Assembly: GCF_964355755.1 (NCBI RefSeq) | Contig: NC_092672.1 | Coordinates: 10,044,001 to 10,108,000 of the forward strand | Length of the DNA stretch: 64,000 nucleotides | Direction: 5' to 3' | From: Antedon mediterranea | Taxonomy: Eukaryota > Animalia > Echinodermata | In this document: positions 13,708-25,711 of the stretch, piece after piece | How positions within the stretch are numbered: position 1 is the first letter of the stretch | Layout of the letters: each line of letters opens with the position of its first letter | The notes under the pieces: generated by a model | What the model was told of the DNA's origin: nothing | The model's input: the letters and a program-made list of their open reading frames with translations, nothing else | The model's database searches: none | Made by a program: the position numbers and the translations under genes

Positions 13708-16253
13708 TCTAATATTATTACATATTTGTTTTATAATGAGTTATAATAACGCAAGCGCTATATTTGTTACGGGTATTGAATAACTCCATTCATATTTTTA
13801 AGAACAGAATTCATGACACTTGTTATGGTTTAATTAAAACCAACCAATGTTCTTCCGCAATTCTACCTGCATCAGCGTTGGTGTAAATTAATATTTTAGG
13901 ATAGTTTCGGTTGTTTTTGTGGAAGATGTTTAATTTTCATGGTGATTTTTTTTGTGTATATTTTGTATATGGATGTACTATCCGAAATGAAGGAAATGAA
14001 TTAACAGATAGACTAAAACATCTCCAATTAAACGGTCACCTATCGTGCCTAATAATCTACGAATATTTTGATAAAATTTCCAATTTTGAAGTAAGCCATA
14101 TTCCTATTGTTTAAATCCATTCATATTTAATAAAAACATTAGTAAATTATTTGTCTTATTTTAAGTAATATCGTTTTGTAGTAATAATTAAATAATAATA
14201 GGGTGATTAATAACAATTAACATTAAGTTTTATTAGTACATTTAATAACAACTCCTCTCATAATAAAATCATGTATCATGTCTCTTCGTTTAAGATCTAT
14301 TTATTACAAATATTTAAAGGTGGCACTTTAAACTTGTATAACAAGTCCTCGTAATTAGTATTGTATTAGGCCAATATTAATAAATAATATAATAAAATTC
14401 AAGGTATATTTTATTCAATAAAAATTGCACATAGCAACCAAGAACCAGGAGTTGAATTGAAACAATTTTAAAGTTTTATAAAATACAGTAAAATAAACCG
14501 CATCTTATAATGTCGTCCTTTTTTCATATGTATGTTAAAAAAATTCTTGTAAAAAAACGGTAAATTACTGGCAATCTGGACGCCAGTAATTTACCGTAAT
14601 GTAGAATTACAGGTACTGTTGAAAATAAATTACTGTAAAACTACAGTAAATTACTGTTAAAACCTTACTGTTGATTTTGAATTTCTATAGAGTAAACTAA
14701 CAAAAAAGAAAAGAACTAGTTTATACGATTGGTAAGTTATAGTACCTGTATTATTTATTGAAAAAAAAAGATAATCTCTCTAATGGTATTAGAAGAATCA
14801 GCCAGTTTATTTCACACATTTCTTATTGGATTGGATACAAAATCGTTTTGTATGTTGTAAATAGGGGTGTAAATCTTTCTATAAAACGTTCTTTTAGATT
14901 GGATTTTATTTTATGCTAAATCTACTTCAAAGGCTGAGGGAAAAAATAAGCAAGACCACCCATGCAGAATTAATTATGTTATATTTTAAATCAAAAGTAT
15001 TATACACAGCAGGCGGACACTCGTTATTAGCTGTTTGACAATCACAGTCTAGGTGAGAAACCAGTAACAATTCTTTTTACAAAATACAACAAGGCTATGA
15101 TGACGTAAGCTAACGATGCCATACTCCTTCAGATACTTCAGAAATTATATGTCCAGTCATTGGCAATTTATTTAATAAAGTGTCAGTAAAGTGTATCATA
15201 TGTGGCCGATATATAATTTACGTTTAGGTTTGGCTATACAAATAACATGCCATACTGTATGGAGGAAATATTTCCTTAATGATGTTACAGAGTTTGCATT
15301 ACACTTGCCACATGATTATACAATCGAAAATCAGCTACACAGCAATAACCAATAGGCGATGTAATGATTATGAAAACACAGAATTATCAATATCAATAGA
15401 CCTACAGTAATTAACTTTGGCAGTAGAACGTAAAAGAAGTAAAAAAACATTTAGGCCGATGGAAATTATCATTGGTCACTTTTATTTATAAAAAGAGACC
15501 AATCATACAGTACTTTATCTAAGGAAGTAGAGAAATATATTTATTTTAATTATTTTAAAAACAGTCTTAGTTTTAGAAATTGTAATGTTCCTGAGGTTTG
15601 GTCTGTTACGTGAATTAAAATGTAAAAATTGATATAATATTAAAACGAAACTAATAATTTTGTTAAAACAAATGAAAATGAAATAAATGTATTTCTAATA
15701 GGCATATTGATAATGAATTACTGATAAAAATATATAATATTGTCTCGTATATAATTTTTTGCATCTCAAAACGTAAATGGAGTAATGACACACATGCGCA
15801 CGTACAGATTTACGGTTTTGATTCAAGCTAATAGAAACAGCCTAGCCGGTGTGGAATAAGCAAATGTATGTTACTTCAATTACAGATGTGATGGCGCCCT
15901 ATTTACTGTATTTCTTAAGTTCCTAACAACGATTGTAATAATAAATCAGGTTGTTCATTTGAATGATTACATGCACATTACAGTGCTCCGCTCAGCTTTA
16001 TTCAGTTGCATCTGCCAGACCTGACTAAACCATCGACAATATTATAGAAATAAGTAAGTATCGTCAAATATATTTTAATATTGTATAACTTTTTTCGTGT
16101 GCCGCATTTGTTACACGATTACTAAATTTACAGATAAAATGTGATGATTTACAGTCGATAAGTTTTGAGCCTAACTATTGGAAATAGAAATAGGCCAAAC
16201 AACCAGAAGAATAACAAGCAAAAGATGGACAAAAGAGTTAGAATTTGGTGAAA

Positions 16254-16366
16254 ACAAGGCCATATACATGGCTGCAGTCGCGTGTTCAAATTTGAGTTAG
16301 TGTTTACCGACCAACCGACTGACCGACCGACATAGTAAGCTGTAGAGTCACGTTTGCACACGACTA
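16254..16366 (+). mobile_element. Helentron-associated non-autonomous element (HINE/DINE-1-like)
   Basis: ACAAGGCC...(GACC)n...terminal hairpin AGTCACGTTTGCACACGACT, inserted in an A-run; absent from the paralogous site (GGTGAAAAAATGC, ~22988-23000). Confidence 0.75.
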
Positions 16367-17577
16367 AAATGCATGATTCAACCATCGAATATGTGAAGCA
16401 ATATTATTACAATGTTGATTCATAATACATCAAAATGCGACGGATTGCGATATCCTTCGAATACTAAAAAAAAACTAGAAAGAACCGTTTTACGACTACT
16501 GAAATTACAAATTGTAATTTAACTGTTTATTACTTTCCATGTTGTGGTTGTTTTGAGTTAACAATTCAATTCAATTCAGCTTTTATTATATTTCGGACAG
16601 ACTATCCTTATTATTGTGTAGCATATAAGATTTAAAAAAAGAAAAACTGAATTGAATTCTGTAGCAAACATCTACAATGATGATAAAAGAGAGGACTTAT
16701 CCGTTGATATAGTACCTCCTACTTTTTGGAATCCATCAATATAACACAACAGATAGTAAGAATCTGGAAACTATTTGCTTGTTGAGAAAACAATATTATT
16801 ATCATTGAAATGAAGCAATAGAAAGATGTTACTGTTTATGACTCACAATACTCACAAGTAATATTATGGAAGCTATAGTAAATAAATTAAATAAATGGAT
16901 CTTAAAATGTAACTTCCATTTACAAAAATAGCAAACCTAAACAATTATCGGGCAAGTCGTTACTTACAATATTAATTAAACTTTTTACATCGGTACTTAA
17001 CAACCGCCTTATGAATTAGGATAATAAATACAACAAATTGTTACTGAAATTTAGTAACAGTAAAGGGCAAAGCACGGCATTTGTTTTCGCTAAATACTGC
17101 TATATTTTTAACGTACTTAAGAAAAAGAAGAGGTAGATTGTACTGTGTTATTCATTGACTTTCGAATGTCATTATATGTTTAGCAGTATCAGCACATATT
17201 ATAAGCTGTAACAGCTTAAGCAACACATATTAGCTAAAGATATAAATGCTATATACTCTGCTTATTTATGCTTTATTAACAGTTAAGAGCATGTCAATAT
17301 GATAGCATTATAATAATAGCAGTTTAAAAAGAGCTATATGCAATACTGTAACAGATAGCAATAGCAATTGTTACGGCCTACCGCATATCAAAATTGGATT
17401 TTCCATGTTGACACGTACCGTACTTCGGATTTAACCGGGTATCGCTGGTAATGTTATTTGATTTTAAAATGAAAGAGAATAATAATAATAATAATACTTT
17501 AATTGCTCAGGTTCTGAAATCTATAAAATTGTACTCATTATTATTACTGTGTTTTTTCCGCAGAGAAAAGAGAAACC

Positions 17578-19404
17578 ATGTCTTTAAAAAAGTTGCATGA
17601 TAATGATAAGCGGTATGCCGAGGCGTTTAATTGTTTTCGCCAGGTGTCCGATCAAGAAAACAAAATGAAAAAGTGGATACTACAAGACTTTTCGAAAGAG
17701 ATTAACTCGACTTGCTTGGTTAAGATTAACGAAGATATAGTTCAAATGATGGGGATAGGCAGTGGATTTGGTAATTAAACATTACATGTGCATTTGCAAT
17801 ATAATTTGTACCCATCTATCTCATTGCCTTAATTACCTTTATAGTATTTATTATTTATTGAATTGCGTTGGCAATGATTGCAAAACAGCGAATTGTAACG
17901 CAGTACCCACAAATGAGTTTATTATTAGGGACTTATTTGCATGTTTGCTATTTAGACTGACCTCCTTATGATATCATTGTAAGATATGCGCATGCGCAAG
18001 TCGACTGGTACTTTAACAGAGTACGAGTAAAAATATGACATCATAGAAATATGAAAGGTGACCAAAATCATGGCAGAGAATAATCTCGCAATAATTTTCA
18101 GGGATTGTAGTAAAATGCATTCCAGTCCACTTTAATCGAAACGTTCTGATGTATAGAGTAGGCCAATGTCTCTCTCCCCACGACGTGACATTCGTGCACG
18201 TTCACTCAAAACTAAAAGTCACCAAATTGTATAGTGAAGCATGAACGAAGATCCACCACAGTTCGTTTTAAAGTATGCCTAATTATTATTATTATTATTT
18301 AAAGGACAAATGGACATGCTTTTATTTGATGTTATTGGCAATATGAATCAGAAAATAAACGAACTTGTAGTGGAACCCAATGCAGTAGAAATTGAAAAGT
18401 TCAAATCTTCAATTGCATCATCAGTCGAATACAGTAACGTCACCATTGAGTACGTTCCGAAAACGATTGATTCATATAATATGGTAAGGTAAAACAATAA
18501 GTAATTTGAATATTTTTAACATAAACAAAGATACACAATAATCTCATTTCCATTACTTTTATTACCAAGTACCGGTACAGGCTCTGACATTTCCTATGGC
18601 TCTCAACAAACAAACGAAAATATATTGTAACGGTTTCTAACTATTTTGTATAGTAATTCATTCATTTAGGTAAACAAAAAAATAATATCTTGGATTTATA
18701 ACAGCGCCTTATGTTGTGAAACCTACAATATTCTGTTTTTTTATGTAATATTCTGTGTTTATTTTATATATTAGACAAGAAATACAACTAGACAGTTTCA
18801 TTTCATTCATTGCATCCATGTTTTGTATTATGTGGACAATCCAGTAGAAGTGATTAAACATGCATTCGACAGTCTGTTAGAGGGCGGTGTGTTACTCATA
18901 ATCCAGGGTGCAGGTATGGTTTAAATTTTTGCAAGGATGAGAAACAACTTCGTTTATTATTACAAATGTTTAATGCCATGCAAATGTATCAAATTATGTT
19001 TAACGTATGCATACAAAATAGTATTATATACTTTTAATTTGTTTTATTTAGTGTCACATGGGATAGCTCACATTAGGAATACGCTTGGTGACAAAATGTA
19101 TGGTAACACACGGCGACACGTTCCAAATGGAAAAGACATAGAAGAAATAATACAAGGTCTTGGCTTTAACTATAAAGCTGACGTTGTAGACGCAAAGCTT
19201 GATATTACAGAATGTTTTGATTCAAATTCAGATAAAGGAAACTTACTATTGGACTTTATAACAAATGTTGACAACTTTTATGAACGCGCATCACCAGACC
19301 TAAAAAATGCCCTCTACGGTGTACTTGACAGTGATTTCTGTTTTGAAAAGGATGGTAAAACATACATAAAAATTGATTGTTCAGTGATCATTGTTACAAA
19401 ATAA
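17578..19404 (+). CDS. HNMT-like: HNMT-like protein, copy 2 (287 aa)
   Basis: Exons 17578-17770, 18305-18483, 18775-18913, 19052-19404; GT-AG, 864 nt open. MGIGSGFGQMD, VVEPN, FHFIHCIHVLYY, LDITECF, NLLLDFIT, KDGKTY. Confidence 0.92.
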
Positions 19405-20459
19405 TTGACTTTTGTTTGGTGAAAAAAACATCACTCAGGACTAGAGGTCCCCCCAACTGCCCCGTCGAACAACGATTATATGAATCATAACCTACTCTGT
19501 ATTCGTAATTCATTTAGGTTGTCTATATTTGTGTCCATTGATTTACACGTGTATATCTTAATGCCTCTAAATGGCCACAATTGAAAAAAAAAATTACATC
19601 AAGGAGGTGAATAAAGGCATAAACATGTAGGCCTAGGTCAAATTCAGTTTATAATAAAAAAAATAGTTTTATAGAGAAAACATTTAGTGTTTAATTTTAA
19701 TTATTTAGATATTTAAAAGTGTTCAATTAATGTGTAGATATCATTAAAATATTATCATAAATGCATACATTGTGCAATGGATTGAAATAAATATTTTTTT
19801 CCAAAATTAGTATACATATTTATGTTACCACAAGAAAACCTAGCATTATCACAACAATACCAACAGTTGTTTTTTTTTATTAATATGACTAATCCAGCAT
19901 GTGTAAGATTGTTTCATCAGTAATAAACTCTGAAGCTGATTGTTTGTCTTTTTGCTTTATTTTTAAACTTTGTGTCGTTCAAAACTAAAAAAAAATACAA
20001 AAGAAATCATTCAAATCAAGCAAATGTTGTCCATTCAAAAGGACGCCCCCTAATAATCGCAAAGAGATTTTTTCTCGGAAGACCACCAATTCAATATAAG
20101 AAAATAAAATACAGTCATGACATCATATGTTTAAGGTCTAATTCAAATTTTAGGCCTACAATGATAGAAAGTGATTTTAATTTTTTTTTTTTACGAAAAA
20201 GAGAATTTAACAATACCTTATTAATAAATTATTTATTAAAATACAAACAGAGACACAAATTAAATTGAAAGAACATTTTATAATGTTAAAATGTGAATGT
20301 GATGATTAAACAATGTTTACAAATGGTAATTTTAATTAAAAATCACACGCTAAAAAATCTAGCTCCTAAAAATAATTATTACGTAAAATATATATAACGA
20401 CAACATGTGTATCGCGCACGATATACAATTTATTTACAAGACATTCACATACAACAATA

Positions 20460-20690
20460 ACAATAGTGGGTACGAGTAAGCCAAATAGTGGGTACGAGTA
20501 AGCCACATAATGGGTACGAGTAAGCCAAATAATGGGTACGAGTAAGCAAAATAATGGGTACGAGTTAAGCGAAATAATGGGTACGAGTAAGCGAAATAAT
20601 GGGTACGAGTAAGCCAAATAATGGGTACGAAGTATAGCCAACTAATTAGATACGAGTTGGTGGTTGGACCCATTATTAGGGTATGAGTTA
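20460..20690. repeat. 21-bp minisatellite
   Basis: AATAATGGGTACGAGTAAGCCA-like unit repeated about 8 times, decaying to the right. Confidence 0.92.
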
Positions 20691-21574
20691 CTTAAGTTGG
20701 CATGGTTCGCATGGATTTTTGTGTATAAGTTGATCATCATCCAAGTATACGTATACTAATCATGTGTGGTGACACGGGCATCACCCTTTATTTCATATAC
20801 CAATATATTTTTTTATTTTGCTACTACATACAAAGCCAGAGAGTATTCGACGAAGATTTATTCTTTAAAAAAATACATTTCCTGTATTATTATTACTAAA
20901 TGGTACGCTCGCTTCACTTGCGAACCATCTAGGTCGTGCCCACAGATAGACGTTCTCGAATACACAGTAATTTCAGCGTAAAAAAAATAGCGATTTCAAA
21001 TGTACGTACCGCAGGACTATAATACATTGTTTGTTACGAAAGTACGAACCAACTTTATAAACCATCGAGTAAACATTCTAGTAATAAGGCACGATTTACC
21101 GAATTTTGCCCTTACGTAAATGTATTTAGATTACAACCGAACAACCGAGAAACAAGTACAGTCTGTATTGTGGACATAATAATTATAATTACTGGCTCAT
21201 TATAATGTTATCACTTTACAAGTATCTATTTTAACTATTACTTCTCAACTTTCATAAAAATGAAAGGTCGGTCACAAATCTGAGTCAATCTATTAATTGA
21301 CATGAACGGAACCGATATATTGACGCTATTATATATTTAAAGGGTATAATAAACTACGTGTTGAATCCAAAACACTATATCTGTGTATTTTTATTGAAGA
21401 AATAAACAATTAGGGTCGGTAACTAACCCTGAATTGATAGGACAGGGCGATGTGACTTAAACAATCAACTAGTTTTTAATAAATAACAATTATCATGTTT
21501 TTATTATTAATAACATGAACTTACACATAAACATGAACTTTTTCACAAATATCACAAACATAAACTTAGACCTA

Positions 21575-21668
21575 TACAGGCGTACTCAACGAATATTTAA
21601 GGAGTACTCAACTAATTTAAGGCGTAGGCCTACTCAACGAATATTTGAGGCGTATCAACGAATATTTT
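21575..21668. repeat. ~22-bp tandem repeat at a deletion junction in the duplicated unit
   Basis: AGGCGTACTCAACGAATATTT in 4 imperfect copies. Confidence 0.75.
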
Positions 21669-23342
21669 GATATGTGAGCCTACTATTCCTATTGTATAAA
21701 TTCATTCATATTTAATTTACTAAAAGCAAATTAATTTGTCTTATTTTAAGCAATATTGTTTGTAGTAATAATTAAATAATAAGAGGGTGGTTAATAACAT
21801 TTAACATTAAGTTATATTAGTACATTTAATAACAACTCATAATAAAATCATGTTACATGTCTCTTCGTTTAAGATCTATTTATCACAATTGTATTAAAGT
21901 CTTCGTAATTAGTATTGTATTAGGCCAATAATTGTAAATTTAAAAAAAAGAAATAACATTCAATATAAATTGCACATAGCAACCTATGAATAGAGACAAT
22001 GTTAAAGTTTTATAAAATACAGTAAAATAAATCATCATAAAATGGCGTCCTTTTTCCGATGTATATCGTTAAAACCTTATTGTTGATTTTTAATTTCTCT
22101 AGAGTAAACTAACAAAAAACAAAAAAAGTAGTTTATACGATTGGTAAGTCATAGTATTTGTTTTATTTATTGAAAACAGATAATCTTTTTAATGATATTA
22201 GAATAATTGGCTACTTTATTTCACACATTTCTTTTCGATTGGATTTGTTAAATCTACTTCAAAGGCTGAGGAAAAGAAATAAGCAAGACCACCCATGCAG
22301 AATTAATTATTTTATAGTTTAAATCAAAAGTATTATACACAGCAGGCGGACACTCGTTCTCAGCGGTTTGACAATCACAGCCTAGGTGAAAAACCAGTCA
22401 CAGTTCTTTTTACAAAATACAACAAAGACGTGATGACGCAAGTTATCGATTTCATACTCATTGAGATACTCCGTGTCTGGGACCACCTTCCCAGGCCATT
22501 GACAGATGCTTCAGTCCTAAAAGGCTTATCTGCCTTTTCATTAGAAAAGTTCACATTTATTTTGATTCGCTTTAACTATATTTTGTGTCTTTTATGTGTA
22601 AACTGACTTTGGTTTTGGGTCAACCGGTTCAGCCACAGTGATTAAGTTCACTCAGGTTGACCCTAATTTTAATTATTGCATGCACATATATTATAGGTCT
22701 AAAGTGGTCTGGTCAACTTTATTCTGTTGCATCTGCCAGACCTGACTAAACCATCAACAATATTGTAGAAATAAGTAAGTACCGTCAAATATATTTTATA
22801 TTGTATAGCTTCTTTAGTGTTTAAAAAGGGGTGCCCCATCCGTTACACGATTACTAAATTTACAGATAAAATGTGATGATTTACGGTCGGTACGTTTTTA
22901 GCCTAACCCAACCCAATTGGAAATATAAATAGACCATAATAATAACAAGCAAAAGATGAACAAAAAAGTTTAGAATACTTAGAATTTGGTGAAAAAATGC
23001 ATGATTCAACCATAGAATATGTGAAGCAATATTATTACAATGTTGAGAAATGTTGATTCACAATACATAAAAAACAAAAATAAATTGTCATTAAACTATT
23101 TATTACTGTCCATGTTGTGGTTGTTTTTAGTTAACAATTAAATTCAATTTAATTTCGAACAAACTCTCATTATTGTGTAGCATATAAGATTTAAAAATGA
23201 AAAACTTTGAATTCTATAGCAAATATCTAGAAGATGATATAAGAGAGGACTTATTCGTTGACATAGTGCCTCCTACATTTTGGAATCCATCAATATACAA
23301 TGCAGATGGCAAGAATATGGAAAGTCTTTGCTGGTTGAGAAA

Positions 23343-24298
23343 GGGTGTCACGAAACCTAAGACCACGAAAGCTAAGACCCCCTAAGACCTAAGATCACGA
23401 AAGCTAAGACCCAAGACCTAAGATTACAATATTTATCTTTCGCACCTGCCTTGTATTTTAACCTCCAACATTTATTCTGAATACGACACATTAGAATTAG
23501 CACTTTTATGAAAAAGAATCACATAAAAATAACAAATACATTTTTAAATTGATGATTTTACAGACGTTTTTCTCGCACACATACTGTTTGCAAATTTTGC
23601 ATGACTAGCCTACAGAGTACAGTAGGCCAACCCAATGTTCAATGTTTTTGTTTCTATGGAACGTCAAAAGAGCAAAAATTATATTGAGGGCTGACAACTC
23701 TGTGGAGTACATCTACAGTGTGGATGGAACAATGTAAAATTAAAATTGTAATGATAATAGTATAATCATGCTAGTACGAAGAAATAAATACTCGCAAATA
23801 AATTTTAATTTAAAAATCATGATAATAAGTTTTTCTTGTTTTTTTTTCGTTTTCTTTCTGTTTTTATATTTGTTCTATTATTGTTGCTCTTTTGTCCTAA
23901 TTTTAAAGTGTGGTATGGATAAAGTCAGTTAACAAATTTGGAGTCAAAATACAAGAAAGGCAGGTGCGAAAGAAAAACAACCTCTGAACCAACACAATTG
24001 GAGTAAATATATACCAACAAACAATCCGTCAAGTTTGTTTGTTGTAAGAAAAAATATACATTTACTCAACGGGCGAAAATAACGTGAATTTATCTATGTT
24101 TTGCGGTAGTATTTAATTATATTTATGGTAATAAATGAAACTTACTATGTTTAAAATTATGTATGGATAAACAAGTATTGTTTTTAAGCTGTATATAGTA
24201 TATCTTAGAATTTGTAATCTTAGGTCTTGGGTCTTAGCTTTCGTGATCTTAGGTGTTAGGGGGTCTTAGCTTTCGTGGTCTTAGGTTTCGTGACACCC
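23343..24298. mobile_element. Mutator-like (MULE) non-autonomous element with ~85-bp TIRs and 10-bp TSD
   Basis: GGGTGTCACGAAACCTAAGACC.../...GGTCTTAGGTTTCGTGACACCC; TSD GGTTGAGAAA at 23333-23342 and 24299-24308; single-copy empty site at ~16780. Confidence 0.9.
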
Positions 24299-25199
24299 GG
24301 TTGAGAAAACCATATTATTATCATTGAACTGAAGCAATAGAAAGATGTTTTTATGACTCACAATGTAAAGTAATATTATGGAAGCTATGGTAAATAAATC
24401 AAGTAAATGGATTTCCAAACTTCCTTAGTTATGTATAACTGCCAGTATGCGTATTCTAAACGGTCGTAATACTGGATATAGACTGTTTTACTTATATTTC
24501 TCAATCGGGCGTCAGTGTTGTAGACTTTAAATTGTCTGCATACTGTGGGTGCAAATCCATAATCCGATCATACACTCGGTTCTGTAGCTGTCACTAGACT
24601 ATATGTGGAATAATGTTGCCAGTCTACCAGGTACCTTCCAGATCTAACTGTATTAAGTACTTGTATTACACAATATCTCTGTCATTAGGTTCTATCTACA
24701 GATCTATCTACGTTTAAACTAAATGCATTACAAAAATGTACAAATCTGAATCAAATAAGGCACTAAACATGTGTATAGCTACTAATACCCGTAATAATAT
24801 GCCTTTTTCAAGAAACGGACGATATCTTACAAACAATGCTTTGCAGGAATGCGTAACTAACAGAAATATTATTAAATCCAACTGAAAGAAATAAACAGTG
24901 TTGAAGCATAGGAACGTGAAAATAGCCTATCTATTTAAATTTATGGAGAAAAATGCATGAACAAGACCATGTGTAAACGCAAAAAAAGAAGCATGGTTGG
25001 GAGAAAAGTCGATCTTGGAGATTAAATAATGACCCATGGAAATGCCTAGCCAAAGTAAAATCCAAAAAAAAGGTCGTTAAATGCTTTGTTGATTTAGTCA
25101 AAGTTAGGCGAATTTTTTAAATCTAGTAATCCCTTAATGTTACCAATGTTAATGATATCACTACTGAAGATGAGGTAGACTGCTATAATACACCTTAAA

Positions 25200-25545
25200 G
25201 TGGAAACGTGCTGGAATATATGGTATTCTTGGGGAATGTTTAAAGCTTGTAAAAATATATTGGCTCCAGAAATTACCAATCTTTTCAACACAAGTGTAGG
25301 CTCCAGTAAAGATTTTTATGGAAAGGGTATAATATCCTCATCTAAAAAAAAGGCACACCTTCAGACCCAGACAATTATCAGGCAAGTCGTTACTCACAAC
25401 ATTTAGTAAACTTTTTACATCGGCTCTTAACAACCGCCTTATGAATTGGGATAATGATTACAACAAATTGTTACTGAAATTACGTGTTTAATGTATGTAG
25501 AAGATATCGTTCTAATGGCGGATACGCCTCATACGCTTCAAGATG
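25200..25545 (+). mobile_element. Old LINE reverse transcriptase relic
   Basis: KACKNILAPEITNLFN, KKG..SDPDNY, FSKLFTSALNNRLMNW and LMYVEDIVLMADTPHTLQ (decayed YADD); a homologous piece at ~16940-17020 shows it predates the copy 2/3 duplication. Confidence 0.65.
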
Positions 25546-25711
25546 GAAAGAGTTATTTCAATTTCGTAGTTATTAAATGTGTGTATACCGATGTTTTACA
25601 GAGTTTTATGTTACCTTAATACATTTCTCAAGTTCTGAAAACTATAAAATCGTACTCATTACTGATTGGATGTTTTTTCCCCAGAAACCTTACCGTAAAA
25701 GATAAACCACC

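Noticed and set aside
17762-17971. ORF conserved with 25920-26105
   Set aside because: Intron 1 sequence shared through recent duplication, not coding constraint.
20460-20690. CRISPR-like short repeats (also 7630, 30212, 36265)
   Set aside because: Head-to-tail with no unique spacers, no cas genes, eukaryotic context.
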